DNA of 64,000 nucleotides from positions 54,337 through 118,336 of the forward strand of contig DASSKP010000078.1 of NCBI GenBank assembly GCA_035690365.1, read 5' to 3'. The translations under genes and the position numbers were made by a program. Below are positions 11,726-22,111 of this stretch, piece after piece. How positions within the stretch are numbered: the stretch's first letter is position 1; the number at the start of each line of letters is the position of its first letter. Below the pieces are notes generated by a model. That model saw only the letters and a program-made list of their open reading frames with translations. It was not told the DNA's origin and made no database searches. The DNA comes from Mycobacteriales bacterium. GTDB lineage: Bacteria > Actinomycetota > Actinomycetes > JAFAQI01.

Positions 11726-12997
11726 ATGGCGGGTGACGGTGCTTCGGCGGAGCAGGTGCTGGACGTCGCACGGCGGGCCCGATCGGCGGCGGCCCAGCTG
11801 GCGCCGATGCCAAGGGCGGCCAAGGACAAGGCCCTGCTCGCGATGGCCGAGGCTCTCGAGGCCCGCACGGACGAGGTCCTGAAGGCCAACGCCGAGGACA
11901 TCAGCCGCGGCCGCGAGAGCGGCCTGTCCGAGGCGCTGATCGACCGCCTGTCACTCGACGCGAAGCGGGTCGAGGCCATGGCGGACGGCCTCCGCCAGGT
12001 CGCGGGGCTTCCCGACCCGGTCGGCGAGGTCATCCGCGGCTCGACGCTGCCCAACGGGTTGCAGCTCAAGCAGGTGCGGGTGCCGCTCGGCGTCGTCGGC
12101 ATCATCTACGAGGCGCGCCCCAACGTGACCGTCGACGCCGCAGGACTGTGCGTCAAGAGCGGCAACGCCGTGCTCCTGCGCGGGTCGTCGAGCGCGCGCT
12201 CCAGCAATGCGGCGCTCGTCGACATTCTCGCCGAGGCGGGAGAGAAGGCCGGCCTGCCGACCGACAGCGTGCAGCTGGTGCCCGGCGGCGACCACGAGTC
12301 GGCGAAGCACCTGATGCGTGCCCGCGGCCTCGTCGACGTCCTCATCCCGCGCGGCGGCGCGGGTCTCATCCGTAGCGTCGTCGAGGAGTCGACCGTGCCG
12401 GTCATCGAGACCGGCGTCGGCAACTGTCACGTGTACATCGACAAGGATGCCGACCTCGACATGGCGGTCGAGATCACTCTCAACGCGAAGACCCACCGGC
12501 CGAGCGTCTGCAACGCGGCCGAGACGCTGCTCGTGCACCGCGATGTCGCCGACGCGTTCCTGCCTCGCGCGCTGACCGCCCTGCGCGAGGCAGGCGTGAC
12601 CGTGCACGGCGACGATCGCGTCCAAGCGGTGGGCGGCAAGGACGTCGTACCGGTGACCGACGAGGACTGGGCCGCGGAGTATCTCTCCCTCGACATCGCT
12701 GCGGGCGTCGTCGACTCGGTCGAGGACGCGGTCGCGCACATCCGGCAGTGGGGGAGCGGTCACACCGAGGCGATCGTGACCAACTCGCTGCCGGCGTCGC
12801 AGAAGTTCGTCATGGGCTGCGACTCGGCGGCCGTGATGGTCAATGCGTCGACGCGGTTCACCGACGGTGAGCAGTTCGGCTTCGGGGCCGAAATCGGCAT
12901 CTCGACACAAAAACTGCACGCGCGCGGACCAATGGGTCTGCCCGAGCTGACCAGCACCACCTGGGTGGTCACCGGAAACGGTCACATTCGGGCTTGA
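11726..12997 (+). CDS. proA: Gamma-glutamyl phosphate reductase
   Basis: The in-frame ATG ([13 protein letters not shown]...) lies within track ORF 11084..12997. It has an aldehyde dehydrogenase fold with catalytic Cys ([10 protein letters not shown]). Confidence 0.9.
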   Translation: MAGDGASAEQVLDVARRARSAAAQLAPMPRAAKDKALLAMAEALEARTDEVLKANAEDISRGRESGLSEALIDRLSLDAKRVEAMADGLRQVAGLPDPVGEVIRGSTLPNGLQLKQVRVPLGVVGIIYEARPNVTVDAAGLCVKSGNAVLLRGSSSARSSNAALVDILAEAGEKAGLPTDSVQLVPGGDHESAKHLMRARGLVDVLIPRGGAGLIRSVVEESTVPVIETGVGNCHVYIDKDADLDMAVEITLNAKTHRPSVCNAAETLLVHRDVADAFLPRALTALREAGVTVHGDDRVQAVGGKDVVPVTDEDWAAEYLSLDIAAGVVDSVEDAVAHIRQWGSGHTEAIVTNSLPASQKFVMGCDSAAVMVNASTRFTDGEQFGFGAEIGISTQKLHARGPMGLPELTSTTWVVTGNGHIRA

Positions 12998-13053
12998 CGA
13001 TCACTGAACGCGTCACAGAGAGTGCTCGCACCTAGCCCACGGAAGCGAGCACC

Positions 13054-14547
13054 ATGCGCACTCGGACATATCTCGCACTTGGGACGGCCATCGCCTCCCT
13101 GACCGGCCTGTCGGCCATCGGCACCGGCGGCCTCGCCGGCGCTGCGACGACTGTCGGCCTGTCGATCTCGAACGCGTCGTTCAGTGACAAGTTCACCAAC
13201 AACGAGATCACCATCGCGGTCAACCCGCGCAACACGAAGAACCTCGTCATCGGCGACAACGACTACGCCGCCAACGACGGCTGCGGTGTCAACTACTCGA
13301 CCGACGGTGGCAAGACCTGGGAGAAGCACTCGTTCATCCCGCACATCACGAAGTACGACGACAACAACAACGTCACCGACGGGCAGTTCGACTTCGCCGG
13401 CGACCCTGCGGTCTCGTTCGCGCCTGACGGGACGGCGTACTTCGCCTGCTACGGCTACGGCATCCACGGCACCTTCAACAACGTGGTGCTGTTCGTGAGC
13501 AAGTCGACCGACGGCGGCAAGACATGGGGCCGACCGGCGCAGGTCACGTCCTGCGACTGCAGCGGCGTCGGCAAGGGTGCCGGTGGCGGCAGCAACGGCC
13601 AGTTCCCCGACCACGAGGCGATCACGGTCGACAAGTCACCGGGCTCGCCGCATTACGGACGCATCTACGTCGCTCAGGCGCAGTTCCACGGCAACGGCGG
13701 ACCGTCGCCGATCGAGGTCTTCTGGTCGGACAACGGCACGACCTGGTCGAAGCCGATCGAGGTCAGCCACAGCCCGCTCAACAGCAACCAGGACGGCATT
13801 CCGACCGTCGGCCCTGACGGCACGGTCTACGTGACGTTCGACAACGAGCACGCGGCGCCCAACGGGTCCGGCACGCAGACGTCGGTGTACATCGCGAAGT
13901 CGACCGACGGCGGGCAGTCGTTCGGGCAGGACAACCTGGTCGTCGACTGGGTCAACCCGGACGAGAGCACGCTGCCCAACAGTGAGTACCGGTCGGCGAG
14001 CTACGCCGTCCCGGGAGTCGACTCGCACAACCGGCTCACGGTCGTGTGGAACGACGGTCGGTCCGGTGCGAACCAGGTCTACGCGCAGCGCGCCTATGCG
14101 GCCGACCTCGACAAGGGTGCGTCGGCATGGACCACGCCGGCGCCGTTGCACGCGAGCACGAGGCAGCAGTTCTTCCCGTGGTTGTCCGTCGCCCCCAACG
14201 ACCGGGTCGACGTCATCTACTACGACCGGACGGCCGACCCGAAGGACTTCCTCGACTACGTCACCTACACGGCTTTGACGCCCACCACGGGCCTCGGGGT
14301 GAGCAACTTCACCAAGGCGATCACGCCGGCGACGTCATCCGACGGTTTCGACGGCAGTGTCGAGACCGGTCAGGTGACGACGTCCTGCAGCCCGTTCATG
14401 GGCGACTACATCGGCATCGCCTCGACGTCGACGGACGTCTACCTCGGCTGGACCGACAACGGCGGGACGAACAACTCCGACCCGCTCGGCAACGCTCTCG
14501 GCTGCGACGTCAACGAGGACGACTTCTCCGCCCATCTGACCTACTGA
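13054..14547 (+). CDS. Secreted BNR/Asp-box repeat protein (sialidase-like beta-propeller)
   Basis: It has an N-terminal signal peptide and three Asp-box repeats (STDGGKTWE, STDGGKTWG, STDGGQSFG). Confidence 0.7.
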   Translation: MRTRTYLALGTAIASLTGLSAIGTGGLAGAATTVGLSISNASFSDKFTNNEITIAVNPRNTKNLVIGDNDYAANDGCGVNYSTDGGKTWEKHSFIPHITKYDDNNNVTDGQFDFAGDPAVSFAPDGTAYFACYGYGIHGTFNNVVLFVSKSTDGGKTWGRPAQVTSCDCSGVGKGAGGGSNGQFPDHEAITVDKSPGSPHYGRIYVAQAQFHGNGGPSPIEVFWSDNGTTWSKPIEVSHSPLNSNQDGIPTVGPDGTVYVTFDNEHAAPNGSGTQTSVYIAKSTDGGQSFGQDNLVVDWVNPDESTLPNSEYRSASYAVPGVDSHNRLTVVWNDGRSGANQVYAQRAYAADLDKGASAWTTPAPLHASTRQQFFPWLSVAPNDRVDVIYYDRTADPKDFLDYVTYTALTPTTGLGVSNFTKAITPATSSDGFDGSVETGQVTTSCSPFMGDYIGIASTSTDVYLGWTDNGGTNNSDPLGNALGCDVNEDDFSAHLTY

Positions 14548-14550
14548 CGG

Positions 14551-15744
14551 TCAGGAGCTGCACGACACGAACGTGGTGCGCGCGCCTGTCGACTCGAGGC
14601 GCGCGCGCCCGTGTGATGTCGACACCCACTTGTGCAGGGCGCTGTCGAGGATCTGGGTGGCTGCTGCGTAGTCCATGACGATCGTGTCGCGCAGGCACCA
14701 ACGGTGGTCGCCAGCGCGCCAGGTCGAGTACTGGTCGCCTCCCCAGCCGGCAACGGCCTGGCGGGCGAGAGCCGTGCCGACGTGCTTCTGCAGCGCGAGC
14801 AGCAGCCCGATGAAGCCGAGGTCGCTGTGATCGACCCGTACGCCGTCCGATCGCGGCGTCGCCACGTGCTTCGGTGCGTCATGAGAGAAGTAGGCGGCAA
14901 CGTCGAAGAGCTGTTCGCTCGACACCGGGGGTGTGCGGAACCCCGCGTCGATGGCGGAGTTGCCGTTGTGCGCGACCAACGCCTTCACGAACTCCGGACC
15001 GATGATGTAGGGGAGACCGATCAGGATGAGCACCGTCTGCGGCACGTGCGGCGGCTCGGCGGTAGCGCCCTCCTCGCGCTTCGCGACGCTCTGGTCGGCT
15101 TTCGTCATCGTGGCTTCGTAGTCGATGCGAGTGCGCTCGGCATCGCCTTCGCTGAGCGCGGTGAAGGCGAGCTCCTTCTCCTGGTTGTCCTTGCGCAGCT
15201 GCGGCCGCCGCAGGCCGAACCACTGGTCGTCGAGAGCATGCGTCAGCTCGTGGGCCAGCACGGCCCGGACGCCGGGCGTCGCCTGCGTTCCGCGCACGTA
15301 GAGGTGCTTGTCCTTGAAGTCGTAGAAACCCAGCGTGCCGGCGTCGTACGCCGTCCGGAATGCCTTGACGACGTCCAGCCGCGGCGAGATCAGTCCGAGC
15401 GCAGCGAGGGTGGACGTGAGCTGCTCGACCTCGGCGGGCTTGGGCTGCCCCTGCTCGCCGCGCAGCTTCTTCAGGAACGCCTTTCGTCCGAGCAGGCGCA
15501 CCTGCACCGGGTGCTTGAAGCGCAGCCCTCGCTCGTGCTCCACGAAGCGTTCGATCGCCGGCAGCGCCTTGCGCAGAGGCTGCACCGGAGTCAGCCCGCC
15601 TGCGCCGGTGTCGGCGGAGTGGCTCGGCGACGGCCGGCCATCGGCGCTGCCGGTGCTGCCGGCGTTGCCGGTGCAGCCGCCGGTGAGCAGCGCGACGGCG
15701 ACCAGGGCAGCGGGGACACGGCGCATGCCCCCAGCCTTCCCCAT
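14551..15744 (-). CDS. Putative zinc metalloprotease lipoprotein
   Basis: It has a signal peptide with lipobox LLTGGC and an HExxH motif (LAHELTHALDD). It is convergent with the BNR gene with a 3-nt gap. Confidence 0.6.
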   Translation of the reverse strand: MGKAGGMRRVPAALVAVALLTGGCTGNAGSTGSADGRPSPSHSADTGAGGLTPVQPLRKALPAIERFVEHERGLRFKHPVQVRLLGRKAFLKKLRGEQGQPKPAEVEQLTSTLAALGLISPRLDVVKAFRTAYDAGTLGFYDFKDKHLYVRGTQATPGVRAVLAHELTHALDDQWFGLRRPQLRKDNQEKELAFTALSEGDAERTRIDYEATMTKADQSVAKREEGATAEPPHVPQTVLILIGLPYIIGPEFVKALVAHNGNSAIDAGFRTPPVSSEQLFDVAAYFSHDAPKHVATPRSDGVRVDHSDLGFIGLLLALQKHVGTALARQAVAGWGGDQYSTWRAGDHRWCLRDTIVMDYAAATQILDSALHKWVSTSHGRARLESTGARTTFVSCSS

Positions 15745-15843
15745 GCACCCGCGGATCCGACGACCGGCGACGCGCGCGGACGGGGCGACTAGAATGCCGT
15801 TCTAGTCCGCCGACAGCGACTGCGGCGAGAACGGAGCCCGTCG

Positions 15844-16704
15844 ATGCCCCTGTTCACCTCGCCCGAAGACGTCCGGGAGCGCCTCGCCACCACTGGCTAC
15901 CTCGCCGATGCCGCGATCGCGACGACGGTCTTCCTGGCCGACGCCCTGGGCAAGCCGTTGCTCGTCGAGGGTCCCGCCGGCACCGGCAAGACGGAGCTGG
16001 CCAAAGCCGTCGCGACCTGCGCCGACGCCGGACTCGTCCGGCTGCAGTGTTACGAGGGTCTCGACGAGGCGCGTGCGCTCTACGAGTGGAACTACCGCAA
16101 GCAGCTGCTGCGGATCCAGGCGGCGGGCGACGGCCAGAAGTGGGAAGAGACCCACGACGACATCTTCTCGGAGGAGTTCCTGCTCGCGCGGCCGCTGCTC
16201 ACTGCGATCCGCCGCGACGAGCCGACGGTCCTGCTCGTCGACGAGACCGACAAGGCCGACGTCGAGGTCGAGGGTCTGCTGCTCGAGGTGTTGTCGGACT
16301 TCCAGGTGACGGTGCCGGAGCTCGGGACCATCCAGGCGACGCAGAAGCCGTTCGTGGTGCTCACGTCCAACGCGACGCGTGAGCTGTCCGAGGCGCTCAA
16401 GCGCCGCTGCTTGTTCCTGCACGTCGACTACCCCGACGCCGAGCGCGAGAAGGCGATCGTGCTGACCCGCGTCCCCGAGGTGCCCGAGCAGCTCGCCGAG
16501 CAGCTGGTGCGCACCGTCCGGACGTTGCGCGCGCTCGAGCTGAAGAAGGCGCCGAGCATCGCGGAGTCGATCGACTGGGCCCGCACTCTCGTCGCGCTCG
16601 GACTCGAGACGCTCGACGAAGACGTGGTCTCGCAGACGATGGGCGTCGTGCTGAAGCACGCCTCCGACCATGTGCGGGCGGCCAAGGAACTCGGTCTCAA
16701 CTAG
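15844..16704 (+). CDS. MoxR-family AAA+ ATPase
   Basis: It has a Walker A (LVEGPAGTGKTELAKA) and a Walker B (LLVDETDKA). The 286-aa size is typical of MoxR/CoxD. Confidence 0.85.
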   Translation: MPLFTSPEDVRERLATTGYLADAAIATTVFLADALGKPLLVEGPAGTGKTELAKAVATCADAGLVRLQCYEGLDEARALYEWNYRKQLLRIQAAGDGQKWEETHDDIFSEEFLLARPLLTAIRRDEPTVLLVDETDKADVEVEGLLLEVLSDFQVTVPELGTIQATQKPFVVLTSNATRELSEALKRRCLFLHVDYPDAEREKAIVLTRVPEVPEQLAEQLVRTVRTLRALELKKAPSIAESIDWARTLVALGLETLDEDVVSQTMGVVLKHASDHVRAAKELGLN

Positions 16705-16706
16705 CG

Positions 16707-18125
16707 ATGGCCACCACCGGGCTGATCGACCGCCACGTCGCCTTCGTCGAGGCGTTGCGCGGCGCCGGCCTGCCGGTCTCGCTCGTCGAGTCACTCGACG
16801 CGGCCCGCGCGATGGCGACGGTCGACCTGCTCGACCGCGAGCAGCTACGGGCCGCCTATGCCGCGACCTCGGTGAAGCACGCCGCGCACCGCGCGACGTT
16901 CGACCGGCTCTTCGACCTGTGGTGGCCGCCGGCGGTCGGTGATCCCGAGTCGGCGCGCGGCGGCTCGGCCGACGGCGACGCCGATGGCGAGGAGCTCGAG
17001 GAGGTCGACCCGGCCGACCTCGATGCGATGCGCCAGCAGCTGCGCGACGCGTTGCGCGACGTCCTGCTGTCCGGTGACGACGAGGCGATCCGACGGCTCG
17101 CGCGCCAGGCCGTCTCCGGTCTCGGTCGCGCCGACACCCAGCCGGGCCGCCAGTCGTGGTTCACCTACCGCGTGCTGCGCGCGATGTCGCCGGAGACGTT
17201 GATGGCGTCTCTGCTCGAGGCGGTGCTCGCCGGCCAGGAGCGGGGCGGTCTGGCCGAGAAGGTCGCGCGTCAGATGCTGACCGAACGGATCCGCCAGTTC
17301 GAGGAGGCCGTCGAGGCCGAGGTACGACGCCGCCTGGCCGAGGACCGTGGCGTCGAGCAGATCGCGAAGACCGCCGTGAAGCCGCTGATCGAGCAGGTCG
17401 ACTTCCTGCGCGCGTCGCGCGACGAGATCGCCGAGCTCCGCCGCCGCGTCTACCCGCTCGCGCGCCGGCTCGCGACCCGACTGACCGCCAAGCGTCGCTC
17501 CGGCCGATCCGGTCGTCTCGACGTGCGCCGCACGGTCCGGGCATCGCTGTCGAGCGGCGGCGTACCGCTGACCACGATCTTCAAGCCGCGCAAGCCGCAC
17601 AAGCCGGAACTCGTCGTTCTCTGCGACGTCAGTGGGAGCGTCGCGGCCTTCGCGCACTTCACCGTGCTGCTCGCGTTCGCGTTGCGCGAGCAGTTCGCGA
17701 AGGTCCGGGTGTTTGCCTTCGTCGACACGTGCGACGAGGTGACGTCGTTCTTCGAGCGCGGTGGTGACGTGGTCGACGCGCTGGCGCGGATGTCGAAGGA
17801 AGCCGACGTCGTGTGGTTCGACGGGCACAGCGACTACGGGCACTCGTTCCAGGTCTTCACCGAGAAGTGGCCGGACGCGGTGACGCCGAAGACGTCGCTG
17901 CTGATCCTCGGCGACGCGCGCAACAACTACCGGGCCCAGTCGCTGCCCGCGCTGCGCTCGATCGTCCGGCAGGCCCGGCACGCCTACTGGCTCAACCCGG
18001 AGCCGCGGCAGTACTGGGGCTCCGGCGACTCGGCGGCCGTGCACTACGGCGACGTGCTGCCGATGATCGAGTGCCGTAACGCGGGCCAGCTCGAGGAATT
18101 CGTGGAAGGCATCCTTCCGGTCTAG
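16707..18125 (+). CDS. VWA domain-containing protein (CoxE-like MoxR partner)
   Basis: It starts 3 nt after the MoxR stop. The C-terminal VWA/MIDAS motif is VVLCDVSGSV. Confidence 0.8.
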   Translation: MATTGLIDRHVAFVEALRGAGLPVSLVESLDAARAMATVDLLDREQLRAAYAATSVKHAAHRATFDRLFDLWWPPAVGDPESARGGSADGDADGEELEEVDPADLDAMRQQLRDALRDVLLSGDDEAIRRLARQAVSGLGRADTQPGRQSWFTYRVLRAMSPETLMASLLEAVLAGQERGGLAEKVARQMLTERIRQFEEAVEAEVRRRLAEDRGVEQIAKTAVKPLIEQVDFLRASRDEIAELRRRVYPLARRLATRLTAKRRSGRSGRLDVRRTVRASLSSGGVPLTTIFKPRKPHKPELVVLCDVSGSVAAFAHFTVLLAFALREQFAKVRVFAFVDTCDEVTSFFERGGDVVDALARMSKEADVVWFDGHSDYGHSFQVFTEKWPDAVTPKTSLLILGDARNNYRAQSLPALRSIVRQARHAYWLNPEPRQYWGSGDSAAVHYGDVLPMIECRNAGQLEEFVEGILPV

Positions 18126-18134
18126 GTTCACCCC

Positions 18135-18779
18135 GTGCACACGCTGGGGGTGGTCGCCGGGTCTGTCGGAATGATGGCCGCGGCCGCCGGCATCGGATGG
18201 TTCTTCGTCTCGAAGATTCGCCGGGTGTGGCGCGGCGAGTCGCTGCGAATGCTGCCGATGGACACCTTTCGCGGGCCCGAGATCAACCACCGCAGCTATC
18301 CGGTCGCAGCCTCGTGGATGGCGATCGGCACGTTCGGCTTCGCGCTGGCCGGCGTCGGGTGGCTGACGGGGTCCGATGTGGTGATCTTCTTCGCGGCCGT
18401 GATCATCGTGCTTTCGATGGCGGTGATGTGGCCGTTGTGGATCTCGGTGAACGCCTGGAACCGGCCGCAGGCGCTGGTGCCGCCGCCGCATCGGCACGAG
18501 CCGGGCATTCGTCAGGCCCGCAAGCTGCGCAAGCAGCGGCGGCGGTCCGGAAAGCCGGACACCGAGCACCCCGTCGAGATCCTCGAGGCGCATCCGCTGC
18601 CGACCGACCCGGACCAGTACGAGCCCTATTACGTCGCGGTGTGCTCGCTCGATGACTGCGGCTGGACGAGCGATGTCGTCGATCTCGGTGCCGATCCGGT
18701 CGCGGCGCTGGCGAAGGTTCGTCGCGCAGCCGCCAAGCACTCCTCGGTCGTGACCGGCCCCCGTCGACCACTCGGCTGA
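18135..18779 (+). CDS. Membrane protein of unknown function
   Basis: It has two predicted TM helices followed by a basic stretch and a Cys-containing C-terminal domain. It follows the MoxR-VWA pair. Confidence 0.5.
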   Translation: MHTLGVVAGSVGMMAAAAGIGWFFVSKIRRVWRGESLRMLPMDTFRGPEINHRSYPVAASWMAIGTFGFALAGVGWLTGSDVVIFFAAVIIVLSMAVMWPLWISVNAWNRPQALVPPPHRHEPGIRQARKLRKQRRRSGKPDTEHPVEILEAHPLPTDPDQYEPYYVAVCSLDDCGWTSDVVDLGADPVAALAKVRRAAAKHSSVVTGPRRPLG

Positions 18780-18848
18780 TCTTCGCCGTCGTTGACGGCG
18801 CGACGGCGTGTCATGGCCAAAAGTGGTCGCAGCCGCGAAGATCAGCGC

Positions 18849-20156
18849 ATGTTCGATCCGCGGGCCGAGGCGATGTCGGCCGACGAACGACATGCCGTGC
18901 AGGGCCACCGGCTTCGCGATCTCGTCGACCGGCTGCTGGCCGCGGACGGCGTACAGGGAAGGCGGCTTCGGGAGGCGGGAGTGACCGCCGGCGCGGCGGT
19001 CGGGATGCGCGACCTGCCGAAGCTGCCGACCGTCGAGAAGCAGGACCTCTGGGACCACTACCCGTTCGGGATGCTCGCCGTCGCGCGCGAGGACGTGGTG
19101 GCGGTGCACGGCAGCAGCGGCACCGGCGGGCGGCCGACGCTCGTCGGGTACACGAAGGCCGACCTCGACCTGTGGGGCGAGATGGTCGCGCGGTCGCTCG
19201 GCTGCGCGGGTGCGACCAAGGGCACGATCGTCCACAACGCCTACGGCTACGGCTTGTTCACGGGCGGGGTCGGCTTCCACCTCGGCGGCATCCGGCTCGG
19301 CGCGACCGTCATCCCGATGAGCGGCGGCATGACCGACCGGCAGGTGCGGCTGATCGCAGATCTCCGGCCCCAGGTGCTCACGTGCACACCGTCGTACGCC
19401 GTCACGCTCGGCGAGGCCATCGCGCAGGAGCGTGTCGACGTATCGAGCCTGAGGGCGGGCATCTTCGGCGCGGAGCCGTGGAGCGAGTCGCTGCGCGAGC
19501 AGATCCAGCAGCTGCTGCCGTTGAAGGCGATCGACGTCTACGGGTTGTCCGAGGTCATCGGACCCGGCGTTGCGACCGAGTGCATCGAGGCGCAGTCCGG
19601 TCTGCACGTCAACGAGGACCACTTCCTCGTCGAAGCCGTCGATCCGGGCGACGGCGAACCGGTCGCGGATGGGACGCCGGGCGAGCTGGTGTTCACGACG
19701 CCGACGAAGGAGGCCTTGCCGCTGCTCCGCTACCGCACGGGCGACATCGCCTCGCTGCACCGTGAGCGTTGCCCGTGCGGGCGCACGCTGGTGCGGATGA
19801 GCAAGGTGCTCGGCCGCCGCGACGACATGCTCGTCGTGCGCGGCGTCAACGTCTATCCGAGCGAGATCGAGGCCGTGGTGCTCGCGCGGGCAGGGCTCGA
19901 GCCGCACTACCTGCTGGTCGTCGACCGCCGGCAACCGGCGACAGAGCTGATCGTGTGCTGCGAGGCCCGCGGACGCGGCGACGAGCACACAATGGCGCTC
20001 GGGCATGCGCTGCACGAACGGCTCGGCCTGCGGGCGGACGTCCGAGTGCTTCCCGTGGGCAGCCTGCCGCGCACGGAGGTGGGCAAGGCCGTACGCCGCC
20101 TGACCTGGGAGAGCGGTCCGCCGCCGTTGCCCGGTCTGGCCGACTCCCGCCGGTAG
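18849..20156 (+). CDS. Phenylacetate-CoA ligase family protein (PaaK/F390 synthetase-like adenylate-forming enzyme)
   Basis: It has PaaK-like N-terminal and AMP-binding core motifs (VHGSSGTGGRPT). The start at ATG 18849 (MFDPRAE) is preferred over the upstream TTG at 18792. Confidence 0.75.
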   Translation: MFDPRAEAMSADERHAVQGHRLRDLVDRLLAADGVQGRRLREAGVTAGAAVGMRDLPKLPTVEKQDLWDHYPFGMLAVAREDVVAVHGSSGTGGRPTLVGYTKADLDLWGEMVARSLGCAGATKGTIVHNAYGYGLFTGGVGFHLGGIRLGATVIPMSGGMTDRQVRLIADLRPQVLTCTPSYAVTLGEAIAQERVDVSSLRAGIFGAEPWSESLREQIQQLLPLKAIDVYGLSEVIGPGVATECIEAQSGLHVNEDHFLVEAVDPGDGEPVADGTPGELVFTTPTKEALPLLRYRTGDIASLHRERCPCGRTLVRMSKVLGRRDDMLVVRGVNVYPSEIEAVVLARAGLEPHYLLVVDRRQPATELIVCCEARGRGDEHTMALGHALHERLGLRADVRVLPVGSLPRTEVGKAVRRLTWESGPPPLPGLADSRR

Positions 20157-20165
20157 CCTTTCGCT

Positions 20166-20777
20166 GTGACGGCACGGCGTATCGGCGTGATGGGCGGGAC
20201 CTTCGATCCCGTGCATCACGGCCACCTCGTGGCCGCGAGTGAGGTCGCGACGGGGTTCGCCCTCGACGAGGTCGTGTTCGTGCCGACCGGCCAGCCGTGG
20301 CAGAAGTCCGACCGTGAGGTCACCGAGGGCGAGGACCGCTACCTGATGACCGTCATCGCGACGGCGTCCAACCCGCGCTTCACGGTGTCGCGGGTCGACA
20401 TCGACCGCGACGGGCCGACCTACACGATCGACACCCTGCACGACCTCCGCCGCTCTTACGGCGAGGACACGGAGCTGTTCTTCATCACTGGCGCCGACGC
20501 GCTCGCGCAGATCCTCGGCTGGCATCGTTCCGACGAGCTGTTCGAGCTCGCGCACTTCGTCGGCGTGACGCGACCCGGGCATCACCTCGCCGACCCCGGC
20601 TTTCCCGAAGGTCGCGTGACACTGGTCGAGGTGCCGGCACTGGCGATCAGCTCGAGCGACTGTCGTTCTCGTGTCGCCCGGGGCGAGCCGATCTGGTACC
20701 TCGTGCCCGACGGCATCGTGCAGTACATCGCGAAGCGCCGGCTCTACCAGGCCGCGCATGCCGAGGGGCGCGTGTGA
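20166..20777 (+). CDS. nadD: Nicotinate-nucleotide adenylyltransferase
   Basis: The motif [15 protein letters not shown] is the (H/T)xGH nucleotidyltransferase signature. Confidence 0.9.
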   Translation: MTARRIGVMGGTFDPVHHGHLVAASEVATGFALDEVVFVPTGQPWQKSDREVTEGEDRYLMTVIATASNPRFTVSRVDIDRDGPTYTIDTLHDLRRSYGEDTELFFITGADALAQILGWHRSDELFELAHFVGVTRPGHHLADPGFPEGRVTLVEVPALAISSSDCRSRVARGEPIWYLVPDGIVQYIAKRRLYQAAHAEGRV

Positions 20778-22111
20778 CCGGAAAGCGCCGCGCCGGTCGC
20801 GACCCGAAGTCCACCCCGCCCCCGGCTCCGTCCGAGCCGAGCCAAGCCCGCACCCCGGCACAGCCGTCCCGTACGCCGTCCGCCGGGCCATTCGTCGTCG
20901 CACGTACGCCGACCCGCCGCGAAGCGCGAATGCAGCGTCGCAGGCAGCGGCGGAAGAAGATCGGCGCCGCGGGGGTCGCCGGCATCCTCGCGGCAGCCGC
21001 GCTCGTCGCCATCGGGATCGGCTTCGGCGTGCACAAGGTCGCGTCGCATCACACGACCGTGACGCGGACCCAGACGACTCTGTTGTTCTCGCTCGTCGCG
21101 TCCGACGGCAGCTCGGCCGGCAGCGTGCTGTTGGCGCACGACTCCGCGACGCATGACGGCGTCGAGCTGCTCTTGCCGTCACGCACGTTGAGTGAGGTCT
21201 GCGGCTTCGGCTCGCAACAGCTCGGCCGCGTTCTCGCGCTGCCCGACGGGCAACGGCTGTCGACGCAGGCGGTCAGCAACATGCTGGGCGGGGTGACGGT
21301 CGATGGCTCCTGGCGGCTCACCGGAGCCGAGCTCACCCGGCTGGTCGACATCGTCGGCGGTGTGACGGTCAACGTCGACACCAACGTCATCAAGACGGTG
21401 AAAAACCGGCGGGTGCTTTATCTGCAGAAGGGCTCTGGCGAACACCTCACCGGCACACAAGCTGTCCTCTACGCGACCTACATCGCCGGTGGCGAGGACT
21501 CCAGCGGCAACCTGCCCCGGCTGCAGGCGGTGCTCGACGCATTGCTCGCGAAGCTTCCGGCGGATCCTGCCGCAGCTGGCAAGCTCGTGGCGTCGGTCGG
21601 GCCGGACGCAGGCTCGACGCTGGGGCAGCAGCGTCTGGGAGCGCTGCTGACCGGGCTGGCCGCGGATGACAAGTCCGCGAGCGGCGGCGTACTCCCCATC
21701 GTGCTGCCCGTTCAGAAGATCGACAGCGGGGGAGTGCCGGTATTCCGCGTCGACGATGACAAGACTCACGCGTTGGTCCTGAGCAACCTCGGCGCGTCAC
21801 TGCCGGCGTCGGCGCGCGTGCCGCGCAAGCGCATCCTGCTGCAGAACGGTGTCGGCACTCCTGGCCTGGTGGGGCCCGCGTGCCAGCGGCTGGTCGCTGC
21901 CGGGTACACGATCGTCGGCAGCGGTAACGCCAACAGCTTCGACTTCAACCAGTCGAAGGTGCTCGTCTTCGACAACTCGATCGCGTCTGCACAGCTCGGC
22001 GATCGTGTTGCGCAGACGTTGCGGTTGTCGACGGACGATGTCGCCGTGTCCAACGAGGGCCAGAACGTCGCTGACGTGATCGTGATCCTGGGAAAGGACT
22101 TCCGCCGTTGA
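20774..22111 (+). CDS. LytR-CpsA-Psr (LCP) family protein
   Basis: Its GTG start overlaps the nadD stop. It has a Pro/Ser-rich cytoplasmic tail, a single TM and an LCP-like extracellular domain. Confidence 0.75.
   Translation: MTGKRRAGRDPKSTPPPAPSEPSQARTPAQPSRTPSAGPFVVARTPTRREARMQRRRQRRKKIGAAGVAGILAAAALVAIGIGFGVHKVASHHTTVTRTQTTLLFSLVASDGSSAGSVLLAHDSATHDGVELLLPSRTLSEVCGFGSQQLGRVLALPDGQRLSTQAVSNMLGGVTVDGSWRLTGAELTRLVDIVGGVTVNVDTNVIKTVKNRRVLYLQKGSGEHLTGTQAVLYATYIAGGEDSSGNLPRLQAVLDALLAKLPADPAAAGKLVASVGPDAGSTLGQQRLGALLTGLAADDKSASGGVLPIVLPVQKIDSGGVPVFRVDDDKTHALVLSNLGASLPASARVPRKRILLQNGVGTPGLVGPACQRLVAAGYTIVGSGNANSFDFNQSKVLVFDNSIASAQLGDRVAQTLRLSTDDVAVSNEGQNVADVIVILGKDFRR

Noticed and set aside
14540-14556. 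A CTGACGGTCAG palindrome at the BNR gene stop.
   Set aside because: It lies inside or adjacent to the 3' coding ends of two convergent genes with only 3 nt between them. It is too short to call a terminator and is not related to the 17-bp family.
16845-21182. A 1445-aa stop-free ORF on the minus strand.
   Set aside because: It runs antisense across five well-supported plus-strand genes (MoxR, VWA, membrane protein, PaaK-like, nadD). It is a typical artefact of 72% GC with GC3-biased codons on the sense strand. It has a low-complexity Arg/Ala/Gly composition.
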